Below the pieces are notes generated by a model, which was not told the DNA's origin, ran no database searches, and saw only the letters and a list, made by a program, of their open reading frames with translations. A stretch of 64,000 nt of DNA from Escherichia coli (GTDB lineage: Bacteria; Pseudomonadota; Gammaproteobacteria; Enterobacterales; Enterobacteriaceae): the NCBI RefSeq assembly GCF_030013205.1, contig NZ_CP122648.1; one strand, given 5' to 3'. The position numbers and the translations under genes were made by a program. Shown here in pieces: positions 10,712-20,919 of the stretch (the stretch's first letter is position 1; each line of letters begins with the position of its first letter).

Positions 10712-11581
10712 TCAAAACAAGTCGTTTAGCATAACCCCTACACCGACACGGGTCTGTTTGAAGTTATAGTCGATGAGCGATTCGCCATAGCCGCTGTAAA
10801 CCTGAGTATAAAGGCGCACATGTTTGGTGATCGGGTAACTTAAGCCTAACTCCGCGCCGCCGTAGCCCGTGTTCCAGTTGTACTGTCCTTTCGCACTCAA
10901 CACCGCATCACCGAGGTGATAGCCAATTTTAAGCTGGTAGTAACCCATATATTTGGTGATATCCGGGTTATCGTCAGTATTACCCACCACATACCACGGC
11001 TTCACTTCTACCAGCCAGTTACCGTTTTCTGCCATCAGGCGAGTATAAAGGCGATTCCAGCTGCGGGAGGTCGGGTCTGAACGCCCGTTAGAGTCGTGGT
11101 TATACCCCATCTCCACATCGCGCAGCGTCCAACCTGCAAAACGGTAATCGGTAGCAAAACCGAGGAACAATTGCGGTTCGTAGTTGGTTTCACGAAACGG
11201 TGAAGACTCTTCGCTATTGGACAGTTGCCACCAGGATTTTTGCGTATAAGACGCACCCAATACCGAGTTCGGGCCTAAAATCCCACGCCACAGCGGAAAT
11301 GCCAGGCTCAACTGAAACTTTACTTCATCCTTACGCGCATTTTCCGCCCAGTCGTAACTGGCAATCGCTTCTTTATTCAGATCGCTGGTTTGGGTATAGA
11401 TGATGTAGTTGGTATCATAAGGATAAAGGGTGAACGGATTGTCATGCTCCTGCAGCATATTGGCGATAATACTGCCACGCACCGCTGGCGCGTCATGCAC
11501 CTCTTTCACCGTTGCCTCTTGTGCATATACTGCCATAGGCAACATAAACACCGGCAACAACCAGCCCTGCAGAGTCCGCAT
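10712..11581 (-). CDS. pldA: outer membrane phospholipase A
   Basis: 289 aa with signal peptide; matches OmpLA as I recall it. Confidence 0.92.
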   Translation of the reverse strand: MRTLQGWLLPVFMLPMAVYAQEATVKEVHDAPAVRGSIIANMLQEHDNPFTLYPYDTNYIIYTQTSDLNKEAIASYDWAENARKDEVKFQLSLAFPLWRGILGPNSVLGASYTQKSWWQLSNSEESSPFRETNYEPQLFLGFATDYRFAGWTLRDVEMGYNHDSNGRSDPTSRSWNRLYTRLMAENGNWLVEVKPWYVVGNTDDNPDITKYMGYYQLKIGYHLGDAVLSAKGQYNWNTGYGGAELGLSYPITKHVRLYTQVYSGYGESLIDYNFKQTRVGVGVMLNDLF

Positions 11582-11745
11582 CGCTCGTGTTCTCCGTAAC
11601 GAATTATTGATAAGGTGAATATTTTTCTGCGGGCTATTTTACATACTTAACTCCATAGCCGTTAGTTATCCCTTCCTAAAGTAGAAACCAACAACAAAGA
11701 AGCATAAAATCAACATTTCATTAACTAATGAAGTGTAAGGATGAT

Positions 11746-12213
11746 ATGTCTGCCGTACTGACCGCTGAACAAGCCCTGAAATTAGTGGGTGAGATGTTTG
11801 TTTATCACATGCCATTTAACCGCGCATTGGGGATGGAACTGGAGCGTTACGAAAAAGAGTTCGCACAGCTGGCCTTTAAAAATCAGCCAATGATGGTGGG
11901 TAACTGGGCGCAAAGCATTTTGCACGGCGGGGTCATTGCGTCGGCGCTGGATGTCGCCGCAGGTCTGGTGTGCGTGGGAAGTACCTTAACCCGCCACGAA
12001 ACCATCAGTGAAGATGAACTACGCCAGCGGCTATCGCGGATGGGGACCATTGATCTTCGCGTCGATTATCTGCGCCCAGGCAGAGGCGAGCGTTTTACTG
12101 CTACCAGTAGCCTGTTACGTGCAGGCAATAAAGTCGCCGTCGCCCGCGTTGAATTACACAATGAAGAACAGCTTTATATTGCCAGCGCTACAGCCACCTA
12201 TATGGTAGGTTGA
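11746..12213 (+). CDS. yigI: PaaI/hotdog-fold thioesterase
   Basis: ORF track starts at 11728; 155-aa version from ATG 11746 matches E. coli YigI length. Confidence 0.75.
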   Translation: MSAVLTAEQALKLVGEMFVYHMPFNRALGMELERYEKEFAQLAFKNQPMMVGNWAQSILHGGVIASALDVAAGLVCVGSTLTRHETISEDELRQRLSRMGTIDLRVDYLRPGRGERFTATSSLLRAGNKVAVARVELHNEEQLYIASATATYMVG

Positions 12214-12264
12214 TAACGTAAAAGCAGGTAAACTGCTGTTACCAATTAAAAATGAGTATTCCCG

Positions 12265-13155
12265 ATGGATGCAAAACAAACGCGGCAGGGCGTATTACTC
12301 GCTCTTGCCGCTTATTTTATTTGGGGTATTGCGCCAGCGTACTTCAAGCTGATTTACTACGTGCCCGCCGATGAGATCCTGACGCATCGCGTGATCTGGT
12401 CGTTTTTCTTTATGGTGGTGCTGATGAGCATCTGCCGCCAGTGGTCCTATTTAAAAACGCTGATTCAGACGCCACAGAAAATTTTTATGCTGGCAGTCTC
12501 TGCCGTGCTGATTGGTGGCAACTGGCTACTGTTTATCTGGGCGGTGAACAATCACCATATGCTGGAAGCGAGCCTTGGTTACTTTATTAACCCGCTGGTG
12601 AACATTGTGCTGGGGATGATTTTCCTCGGCGAGCGATTCCGCCGGATGCAATGGCTGGCGGTGATTCTGGCGATATGTGGCGTGTTGGTTCAGTTGTGGA
12701 CTTTTGGTTCACTACCGATTATCGCGCTGGGGCTGGCGTTTAGTTTTGCCTTCTACGGCCTGGTACGCAAGAAGATTGCTGTTGAAGCGCAAACCGGCAT
12801 GTTAATCGAAACTATGTGGTTGCTGCCCGTGGCGGCGATTTACCTGTTTGCTATTGCCGACAGCTCAACCAGCCATATGGGGCAAAACCCGATTTCACTG
12901 AATTTACTGCTGATCGCCGCCGGGATTGTCACTACCGTACCGCTGTTGTGTTTTACTGCGGCTGCGACACGCCTGCGTCTCTCAACGTTAGGCTTTTTTC
13001 AGTACATTGGCCCGACGCTGATGTTCCTGCTGGCTGTGACGTTTTATGGTGAAAAACCGGGTGCCGATAAGATGGTGACCTTCGCCTTTATTTGGGTGGC
13101 GCTGGCAATTTTTGTGATGGATGCGATTTATACGCAGCGTAGAACGTCCAAATAA
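12265..13155 (+). CDS. rarD: EamA/DMT-family membrane protein
   Basis: 296 aa, polytopic membrane protein; conserved position next to yigI. Confidence 0.85.
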   Translation: MDAKQTRQGVLLALAAYFIWGIAPAYFKLIYYVPADEILTHRVIWSFFFMVVLMSICRQWSYLKTLIQTPQKIFMLAVSAVLIGGNWLLFIWAVNNHHMLEASLGYFINPLVNIVLGMIFLGERFRRMQWLAVILAICGVLVQLWTFGSLPIIALGLAFSFAFYGLVRKKIAVEAQTGMLIETMWLLPVAAIYLFAIADSSTSHMGQNPISLNLLLIAAGIVTTVPLLCFTAAATRLRLSTLGFFQYIGPTLMFLLAVTFYGEKPGADKMVTFAFIWVALAIFVMDAIYTQRRTSK

Positions 13156-13465
13156 AAAATAAATATATTCTGAAAAAATATGCCGACTCTTGCATGAGAG
13201 TGGGCATATTGCCATGCTGACAGGAGACTCACATAAGGAAAGGCAGAATTTCCAGACGTCGTTGTATATTTTCATTTGCTTTAATAAATTTCATTTTTAG
13301 TAAATTCAGCATTATGTTATTAGCGATGAGCAAGACCAATCATTAACCAAGCTCTCTTCAGAATGTAATGAAAAATGTGAAGTGCATTTCTTTTTTAAAA
13401 TTTTTTTACCCTATTATTTCTTATCAAATTAACATTGCCCTTAATTATAAGAAAGGAGAATATAA

Positions 13466-14314
13466 ATGAACAACATATTAGGCTCATCAATTAATATGCC
13501 CTGTACACTTTTCGAAACTATTACTTTATTCGATGATTTTTCTGCTGATGATATGCAATATGGGGATATGGAAGAACAAGATTTTCTCTCACTCGGCTTA
13601 AGCGACATCTCTGCAAAAGTTGATCCTTACCGCCTCATTAAATACCATTTTCCTGGGCCGAATTCTACTTATGGTGCTTTTAGTGTTCCAACTTCCGGAA
13701 CAAAAATATCACAAAGTGAATGTATTGATATTTTATTTGCAGAAATGAAAGATCTGGCAAAAATGTTTTCCTTTTTTGGACAATACAAAACACTCATCCA
13801 GGATCTGATTGATCATTTTAGATATGGAAATGGCAACAGTTTCCATAGCCAGGAATTGAACTTATCTTTTCATGAACGAATAAACAAATATGATTATAAT
13901 AGCCCAATACGTGTAATCAAAGAATGTATCGAAAATAATATTTCTTCAACACCTACGATAGGATACCGGCCTCTTCTCCTACAAAAGATTAAGATCGAAT
14001 TACTTTCATCAAGACTAAATAAATTCAATGATTTTAAAGATAATTTTAATGGCCTGGGAATCAGCATTCATGATATCTCAGCTCAAAAAATCTCTCTTTT
14101 AAATTTTCAAAAATATCCTATGGGCTGGAGCGCTACCATTCATTTCATAGCACAAGACCACTTTGGTTTGGATGTAACTGATATAAAAAACAAGACTTAC
14201 AGCAAATATAGATTTTTTCGCATATGGTTCTTTTTACAACGGCATAAAGACTTTGCTTTCAAACCTTTTTTCACCAATTTTAACACTATCGAAAGAATCG
14301 AAAATTATCTATGA
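13466..14314 (+). CDS. hypothetical soluble 282-aa protein, no signal peptide; accessory, AT-rich
   Basis: Clean ORF in visibly AT-rich DNA; Lys/Asn/Ile-rich AT-type codon usage; stop overlaps next start (ATGA at 14311-14314); may be DUF3289-like, from memory only. Confidence 0.6.
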   Translation: MNNILGSSINMPCTLFETITLFDDFSADDMQYGDMEEQDFLSLGLSDISAKVDPYRLIKYHFPGPNSTYGAFSVPTSGTKISQSECIDILFAEMKDLAKMFSFFGQYKTLIQDLIDHFRYGNGNSFHSQELNLSFHERINKYDYNSPIRVIKECIENNISSTPTIGYRPLLLQKIKIELLSSRLNKFNDFKDNFNGLGISIHDISAQKISLLNFQKYPMGWSATIHFIAQDHFGLDVTDIKNKTYSKYRFFRIWFFLQRHKDFAFKPFFTNFNTIERIENYL

Positions 14315-14802
14315 AAAGTAAACTCCAGAAAATTATATTATGTTTATTTCTTCTATGCTGCATCTATAATTTATGGACATTGCGTCCTGTACAGATTTTG
14401 TATACATACTCTGATGCTGGCAATTCAGTCTTTCTGGTCGTTGATCATCTGCCATGGACTGACAGCGATAAAATAAATTGGTATCTGAAGCATCAGAATG
14501 AAATTAAAAATCAACATCCCCTACCAGAAGGTAGTTGGCATACCTGGTATGTCATTGATATCGGTAATGGCTTCACTGACTATAAAAAATATATCGAAGG
14601 GCCGTATGAAGATCTCTACTGTTTCCCGACAATTAAGAGCAATGATAATTGCATCGTGAAAAATTACTTAATGGTTATTAATGAATACCCTTATCGTAAC
14701 ACTCATATTGGTATTAACGATTTTACTGAGTATCAATTAACACAAGAAAATAAAATAGAGCGAGTTTTCAATCCGCATGACTTTAAAAAAGACAATTTTT
14801 AG
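14311..14802 (+). CDS. hypothetical 163-aa protein with N-terminal membrane anchor or signal (KIILCLFLLCCIYNLW); candidate periplasmic partner or immunity protein
   Basis: Translationally coupled to upstream ORF; one N-terminal hydrophobic segment then soluble domain; may be DUF943-like, from memory only. Confidence 0.6.
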   Translation: MKSKLQKIILCLFLLCCIYNLWTLRPVQILYTYSDAGNSVFLVVDHLPWTDSDKINWYLKHQNEIKNQHPLPEGSWHTWYVIDIGNGFTDYKKYIEGPYEDLYCFPTIKSNDNCIVKNYLMVINEYPYRNTHIGINDFTEYQLTQENKIERVFNPHDFKKDNF

Positions 14803-14807
14803 AAATA

Positions 14808-14838
14808 AGCCGGATAAAAAATAGCTTTATCCGGCACT
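14808..14838. terminator. hairpin between convergent cassette and corA (gccggataaaaaatagctttatccggc)
   Basis: Perfect 10-bp stem read directly; sits between two convergent stop codons. Confidence 0.5.
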
Positions 14839-14842
14839 CATA

Positions 14843-15793
14843 TTACAACCAGTTCTTCCGCTTAAAGTACAGATACGGTGCCAGGCCCGCGAGGATCATA
14901 AAGATAATCGCGCCTGGGTAGCCGAAACTCCACTTCAGTTCTGGCATAAACTCAAAGTTCATCCCGTAGCTGGAAGCAACCAGTGTTGGCGGCAGGAACA
15001 CGACGGATACCACCGAGAAGATTTTGATGATGCGGTTCTGCTCGATGTTGATAAAGCCCATCGCCGCCTGCATCAGGAAGTTCACCTTCTGGAACAGAGA
15101 TTCGTTATGCGGCAGCAGGGATTCGATATCTCGCAGGATTTCACGCGCCTGCTCTAGTTGCCCGCCCGGTAAACGCGCCTTACGCACCAGGAAGTTGAGC
15201 GCACGCTGGGTATCCATCAGACACAGGCGAACTTTCCAGCCGATATCTTCCAGTTCCGCCAGCGTGGAGAGCGCCTCGTCGTACTCATCGCCCTGATGCC
15301 CTTCCATAATTACCCGGCTCAACTGCTCCAGGTCGCTGTAGATATTTTCAATTTCATCTGCCAACTGTTCGATTTTGGTTTCGAACAGATCCAGCAGCAG
15401 CTCGTAGGCATTACCGTCTACCATCGACTGGCTACGGGCACGCATACGATATAGACGAAAAGCGGGCAGTTCCCGCTCACGCAGAGTAAACAGACGACCA
15501 TCACGGATGGTAAATGCCACAGTGGAGTTACCGGCGTGATCTTCCGCATCTTCAAAGAAGAAGAAGGAGTGAATATGCAGGCCGTCATCGTCTTCAAAGA
15601 AACGTGCCGATGCTTCGATGTCTTCCAGTTCCGGGCGGGTTGCCAGGCTCTGGCCAAGTTCAGATTGTACGCGCAGTCGCTCGTCGTCGTCCGGTTCGAC
15701 AAGATCAATCCATACTGCATTTACAAGGGGTTGTGACTCTTCGACTTCCAGCCGGGTCAGTCGGTTATTTTCCAGTTGAAATGCGCTCAGCAT
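14843..15793 (-). CDS. corA: Mg2+/Co2+ transporter CorA
   Basis: ORF track gives 321 aa; trimmed to MLSAFQLEN start (316 aa); GMN motif (YGMNF) and C-terminal TM helices. Confidence 0.93.
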   Translation of the reverse strand: MLSAFQLENNRLTRLEVEESQPLVNAVWIDLVEPDDDERLRVQSELGQSLATRPELEDIEASARFFEDDDGLHIHSFFFFEDAEDHAGNSTVAFTIRDGRLFTLRERELPAFRLYRMRARSQSMVDGNAYELLLDLFETKIEQLADEIENIYSDLEQLSRVIMEGHQGDEYDEALSTLAELEDIGWKVRLCLMDTQRALNFLVRKARLPGGQLEQAREILRDIESLLPHNESLFQKVNFLMQAAMGFINIEQNRIIKIFSVVSVVFLPPTLVASSYGMNFEFMPELKWSFGYPGAIIFMILAGLAPYLYFKRKNWL

Positions 15794-16162
15794 GACCGGG
15801 ACTCCCAATGCTTAAAATATCGGACAGTTCGGTGGGCACACAGAAACAAATTGGGTTTCAGACCATTAAACAGCCTGACTCAGCGCGACGGGAAAAATTG
15901 AGGTCGCTGACAACCGCTAAGGCTATCAGCAAAAAGGGATAGCCTTAGGAGTTGATCCTGGATGACAGGATAGTGAGCCAGTATCTACTGGGTGTGTCCA
16001 AGGCGAATGTCCTCTTAGAGTGATCGTGCGCGCATGTTACGCCAGCAAAATTTTGCCGTCAACACGCAACAGAACACCACAGAACAATAGTTGAACTTCG
16101 CGCTTTTTGGTACTCGTCAAGGTCGCTAACAGGATAAAAAAATCCCACATCCAGGACCTATA

Positions 16163-16927
16163 ATGGCGCATCGGCTACTCATTGGTAAAGGAATGATCAC
16201 CTTGAATCTCAAACGGATTTTTCTCACCCTCACCTTACTTCCCTTGTTTGCTGTTGCCGCTGATGATTGCGCACTCTCAGATCCGGCGCTGACCGTACAG
16301 GCGTATATCGTTAATCCTCAAACAGAGCGGGTGAAAATGTACTGGCAAAAAGCCAATGGCGAAGCGTGGGGAACGTTACATGCTCTGCTGGCGGATATTA
16401 ATAGTCAGGGTCAGGTGCAGATGGCGATGAACGGCGGCATCTATGATGAAAGCTATGCGCCGCTCGGTTTGTACATCGAAAACGGTCAGCAGAAGGTGGC
16501 GTTAAATCTCGCTTCAGGTGAAGGGAATTTCTTTATTCGTCCTGGCGGCGTGTTTTATGTCGCGGGAGATAAAGTCGGCATCGTTCGTCTGGATGCCTTT
16601 AAAACCAGTAAAGAGATTCAGTTTGCGGTGCAGTCAGGGCCAATGTTGATGGAAAACGGCGTAATTAATCCGCGTATTCACCCGAATGTTGCCTCGCGTA
16701 AAATTCGTAACGGTGTAGGGATTAATAAACAAGGGAACGCCGTGTTTTTGTTGAGCCAGCAGGCGACAAATTTTTATGATTTTGCCTGTTATGCCAAAGC
16801 GAAACTGAACGTTGAGCAGTTGCTTTATCTTGATGGCACAATTTCACATATGTATATGAAAGGCGGGGCAATCCCGTGGCAACGCTATCCTTTTGTCACC
16901 ATGATTTCCGTCGAGCGGAAAGGTTAA
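16163..16927 (+). CDS. yigE: DUF2233-family protein with signal peptide
   Basis: 254 aa; divergent from corA as in E. coli. Confidence 0.75.
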   Translation: MAHRLLIGKGMITLNLKRIFLTLTLLPLFAVAADDCALSDPALTVQAYIVNPQTERVKMYWQKANGEAWGTLHALLADINSQGQVQMAMNGGIYDESYAPLGLYIENGQQKVALNLASGEGNFFIRPGGVFYVAGDKVGIVRLDAFKTSKEIQFAVQSGPMLMENGVINPRIHPNVASRKIRNGVGINKQGNAVFLLSQQATNFYDFACYAKAKLNVEQLLYLDGTISHMYMKGGAIPWQRYPFVTMISVERKG

Positions 16928-17009
16928 GCATTGTACACTCGAGGAGGCCAGACAAACTGGGACTGGCTACACAGCTGGAAAATCATCAGATAAATGAAGG
17001 GAAACAAAA

Positions 17010-17912
17010 ATGAAAAAAACGCTCGCAACGTTATTTTTATTAACGTGTCTGGGATCATCATCCGCCTATGCGGATAACGCTTTGATTTTACAAACTGATT
17101 TTAGCCTGAAAGATGGTGCCGTCTCGGCGATGAAAGGGGTCGCATTCGGCGTTGACCATAATCTTAAAATCTTTGATTTAACACACGAAATTCCACCGTA
17201 TAACATCTGGGAAGGCGCTTATCGCCTGTATCAGACTGCCAGTTACTGGCCGCAAGGTTCGGTGTTTGTTAGCGTGGTCGATCCGGGCGTAGGCACTGAC
17301 CGTAAATCGGTAGTGCTGAAAACCAAAAACGGTCAATACTTCGTTTCACCAGATAACGGTACGCTCACTTTGGTGGCACAAACTCTGGGTATTGATAGCG
17401 TCCGGGAAATCGACGAAAAAGCTAACCGCCTGAAAGGTTCTGAAAAGTCATATACCTTCCATGGTCGCGATGTATATGCCTACACTGGTGCGCGTCTGGC
17501 TTCCGGAGCGATTACGTTCGAACAGGTGGGGCCAGAGCTTCCTGCAAAAGTTGTCGAACTTTCTTATCAGAAAGCAAAAGCAACAAAAGGTGAAGTGAAG
17601 GGCAATATCCCGATTCTCGATATTCAGTACGGCAACGTCTGGAGCAATATCAGCGACGAGTTGCTGAATCAGGCAGGAATCAAACTCAACGACACGTTGT
17701 GTGTGACCATTTCCGAAGGTTCCCAGCAAAAATACGCAGGGAAAATGCCGTATGTCGCAAGCTTCGGCGATGTGCCGGAAGGCCAGCCGATGGTGTATCT
17801 GAACAGCTTATTGAATGTTTCCGTGGCGCTGAATATGGATAATTTTGCGCAGAAACATCAGGTTGCGTCTGGTGCTGACTGGAATATTGATGTGAAGAAG
17901 TGCGCTAAGTAA
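17010..17912 (+). CDS. DUF62-family protein (SAM hydroxide adenosyltransferase / fluorinase-chlorinase fold) with Sec signal peptide
   Basis: 300 aa; signal MKKTLATLFLLTCLGSSSAYA; blocks LILQTDF, VVDPGVGTDRKSVVL, YFVSPDNGTL, DIQYGNVWSNI and VYLNS parallel the DUF62/fluorinase family as I recall it. Confidence 0.65.
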   Translation: MKKTLATLFLLTCLGSSSAYADNALILQTDFSLKDGAVSAMKGVAFGVDHNLKIFDLTHEIPPYNIWEGAYRLYQTASYWPQGSVFVSVVDPGVGTDRKSVVLKTKNGQYFVSPDNGTLTLVAQTLGIDSVREIDEKANRLKGSEKSYTFHGRDVYAYTGARLASGAITFEQVGPELPAKVVELSYQKAKATKGEVKGNIPILDIQYGNVWSNISDELLNQAGIKLNDTLCVTISEGSQQKYAGKMPYVASFGDVPEGQPMVYLNSLLNVSVALNMDNFAQKHQVASGADWNIDVKKCAK

Positions 17913-17956
17913 GGTGCTGATGCGGAATGCGGTGTGGCGCACCGCATCCCGCAACG

Positions 17957-20119
17957 TCACACCGTCTCCAACCGGGCATAAGCCGCCACCAGCCATTTAA
18001 TACCCTGGCCCTGGAACGCCACCTGCAAACGGCTATGCTCACCGCTGCCTTCCATATTGACAATGGTGCCTTCACCAAACTTAGCGTGGCGTACGCGCTG
18101 GCCGAGCTTGTAGCCGCTGTCGTTCTCGACCATCGGCGTACCCATCCGTTGATGGCTGACCGGGCGGCTTACCGTGGCGCGCAGGCGCACCTCTTCCACA
18201 CACTCTTCCGGCAGCTCGCCGATAAAGCGCGACGGGCGATGGTAAACTTCTTTGCCATACAGACGGCGGGTTTCCGCGTAGGTCAGCGTCAGTTTCTGCA
18301 TCGCGCGGGTTACGCCAACGTAGGCCAGACGGCGTTCTTCTTCCAGACGCCCACCTTCATCCAGCGACATCTGGCTTGGGAACATGCCCTCTTCCATACC
18401 GACGATAAACACCTGCGGGAACTCCAGACCTTTCGCCGAGTGTAGCGTCATCAACTGCACCGCATCCTGCCAGGTATCCGCCTGCCCCTCGCCCGCTTCC
18501 AGTGCCGCATGGGAGAGGAACGCCTGCAGCGGCATTAAATCTTCGTCTTCTTCGTTGTAGCTGAACTGGCGCGTCGCCGTCACCAGTTCCTCTAAGTTTT
18601 CGATACGCGTCTGGCCTTTTTCGCCTTTCTCCTGCTCGTACATTGTGCGCAGGCCGGAGTCTTTAATTACCCGGTCAGTCTGTACATGCAGCGGCATATC
18701 GGCAGTTTCCTGCGCTAAGGCGTCGATCAGTTCCATAAACCGCTGTAAGGCACTGGCAGCACGTCCGGCGAGGGCTTTTTCCTGCAACAGTTCACGACAT
18801 GCCTGCCAGAGTGTTAACTGGCGATCGCGCGATGTCTGACGTACCACGTCCAGCGTCCGGTCACCAATACCCCGCGTTGGTGTATTCACCACGCGCTCAA
18901 AGGCCGCGTCGTCATTACGGTTGGCAATCAGGCGCAGATACGAGAGCGCATCTTTGATTTCCTGGCGTTCGAAGAATCGCATCCCGCCGTAAATACGGTA
19001 CGGCATACTTGCCTGTAACAGTGCTTCTTCCAGCACACGCGACTGGGCGTTGCTGCGGTAGAGAATGGCGCACTCGGCAAGCGCCCCGCCGTTGTCCTGC
19101 CAGGTTTTGATACGGTTAACCACAAAACGCGCTTCATCGAGTTCGTTAAAAGCGCAATAGAGGGAAATAGGCTCACCATCCGCGCCATCGGTCCACAGTT
19201 TTTTACCCAAACGCCCGTTGTTGTTTTCAATCAGGGCGTTCGCGGCGCTCAGAATATTGCTGGTAGAGCGGTAGTTCTGCTCCAGACGGATAGTTTCAGC
19301 ACCGGGGAAATCATTGAGGAAACGCTGAATATTCTCCACCTGCGCTCCACGCCAGCCGTAGATTGACTGATCGTCATCGCCAACGATCATCACTTTGCCG
19401 GTATCGCCCGCCAGCAGGCGGATCCACGCATACTGAATGTTGTTGGTATCCTGGAATTCGTCCACCAGGATATTGGTAAACCGTTCGCGATAGTGCTGAA
19501 GGATATGCGGCTTGTTAAGCCACAACTCGTGAGCACGTAGCAGCAGCTCGGCGAAGTCCACCAGGCCCGCGCGGTCACACGCTTCCTGATACGCCTGATA
19601 CACCTTCTGCCAGGTCTGCTCCACCGGATTACCGTAGCTTTGAATATGATGTGGACGCAGGCCTTCATCTTTCTGGCTGTTGATGTACCACATTGCCTGG
19701 CGCGGCGGCCACTGCTTCTCGTCGAGGTTCATCGCCTTGATTAGGCGTTTGAGCAGGCGTAGCTGGTCCTCGCTGTCGAGGATCTGAAAATCCTGCGGCA
19801 GATTGGCGTCCATATGGTGCGCACGCAGCAGACGGTGCGCCAGCCCGTGGAAGGTGCCGACCCACATGCCGCCCTGGCTGGTGCCCATCAGCTGCCCGAT
19901 ACGATGACGCATCTCCGCCGCCGCTTTGTTGGTAAACGTTACCGCCATAATCGAATATGGCGAGCAGTTTTCCACGCTCATCAGCCAGGCGATACGGTGC
20001 ACCAGTACGCGCGTCTTACCACTGCCCGCGCCCGCCAGCACCAGAAGGTTGCTGCGTGGCGCGGCCACCGCTTCGCGCTGTTTGTCATTAAGGCTGTCGA
20101 GCAGGTAAGAAACGTCCAT
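17957..20119 (-). CDS. uvrD: DNA helicase II
   Basis: ORF track is over-extended to 783 aa; trimmed to MDVSYLLDSLNDKQREAV start (720 aa); UvrD/Rep helicase motifs. Confidence 0.95.
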   Translation of the reverse strand: MDVSYLLDSLNDKQREAVAAPRSNLLVLAGAGSGKTRVLVHRIAWLMSVENCSPYSIMAVTFTNKAAAEMRHRIGQLMGTSQGGMWVGTFHGLAHRLLRAHHMDANLPQDFQILDSEDQLRLLKRLIKAMNLDEKQWPPRQAMWYINSQKDEGLRPHHIQSYGNPVEQTWQKVYQAYQEACDRAGLVDFAELLLRAHELWLNKPHILQHYRERFTNILVDEFQDTNNIQYAWIRLLAGDTGKVMIVGDDDQSIYGWRGAQVENIQRFLNDFPGAETIRLEQNYRSTSNILSAANALIENNNGRLGKKLWTDGADGEPISLYCAFNELDEARFVVNRIKTWQDNGGALAECAILYRSNAQSRVLEEALLQASMPYRIYGGMRFFERQEIKDALSYLRLIANRNDDAAFERVVNTPTRGIGDRTLDVVRQTSRDRQLTLWQACRELLQEKALAGRAASALQRFMELIDALAQETADMPLHVQTDRVIKDSGLRTMYEQEKGEKGQTRIENLEELVTATRQFSYNEEDEDLMPLQAFLSHAALEAGEGQADTWQDAVQLMTLHSAKGLEFPQVFIVGMEEGMFPSQMSLDEGGRLEEERRLAYVGVTRAMQKLTLTYAETRRLYGKEVYHRPSRFIGELPEECVEEVRLRATVSRPVSHQRMGTPMVENDSGYKLGQRVRHAKFGEGTIVNMEGSGEHSRLQVAFQGQGIKWLVAAYARLETV

Positions 20120-20177
20120 TGGCACCGCCGCGTAAAAATAGGTTGGGCGGAGAAGCGCAACGCCCTCCGCCAAAAAG

Positions 20178-20193
20178 CTGGGTATATATACAG
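20178..20193 (-). promoter_or_regulatory. LexA (SOS) box upstream of uvrD: CTGTATATATACCCAG
   Basis: Matches the CTGT-N8-ACAG SOS-box pattern; located 59 bp upstream of the uvrD start. Confidence 0.7.
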
Positions 20194-20202
20194 ATTTGCT
20201 GA

Positions 20203-20919
20203 TTATATCAGCGAGGTCAGAGATGCCAACCGGGAAATTTCCAGATGCGGGAGTAAACGGCTGTCCCAGGTTTGCATCAGATCGCCATTTTCCGGTCTGA
20301 TCCAACAAGCCTGCATTCCGCTGCGAATTGCCCCACCCACGTCAGTGGTGAGATCGTCCCCAACATGTAAGATCTCGCCGATCGGCACGTTGAGTTTTTC
20401 CGCAGCCAGAAAGTACATATCGCTGAACGGTTTTGAGCGCCCGTGCGGGCCAGCGCGCAGCACAAACTCAAAATAATCCCCCAAACCAAACAGTTCCGGC
20501 TGGGCGTTACCGTTGGTGATCGCCACCAGCGGCCATTTCTTCGCCAGCTGTTTTAAGGTGTCGTGGGTTTGCTGCGGGACATCGATTCGGCTGCGCCATT
20601 TGGCAAAGTTGATCATTGCCGCGTGTGCGCCTGCACTGGCTTCTTCGGCACTCAGCCCGGCGTCGAGCATGGCTTGTTCAATCGAACGAAAACGCCAGCG
20701 CGTCACGTCGTGATAAATCTCGGGTTCCGCTTCCCGTACCGCCTGGCGCAGGCGTTGCAGATCTTCATTCTGGAAGCTGCGCAGCGCCGGATGATAATTT
20801 TGCACAAAGGTAAGCGCCTCTCGCTCGGTGCGCAAAATCACCGGACGGTTATCGTAAAGGGTATCATCCAGGTCAAAGGTGAGCGCCGAGATGCGCCCCA
20901 AAGGCCGGTAAAAACGCAT
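20203..20919 (-). CDS. yigB: HAD-family phosphatase
   Basis: 238 aa; HAD motif LTFDLDDTL near N-terminus; between xerC and uvrD. Confidence 0.85.

Noticed and set aside
17913-17956. Palindrome atgcggtg-N5-caccgcat between the DUF62-like gene and uvrD
   Set aside because: Likely a bidirectional terminator between convergent genes; it does not match REP consensus well and there is too little to call a distinct element.
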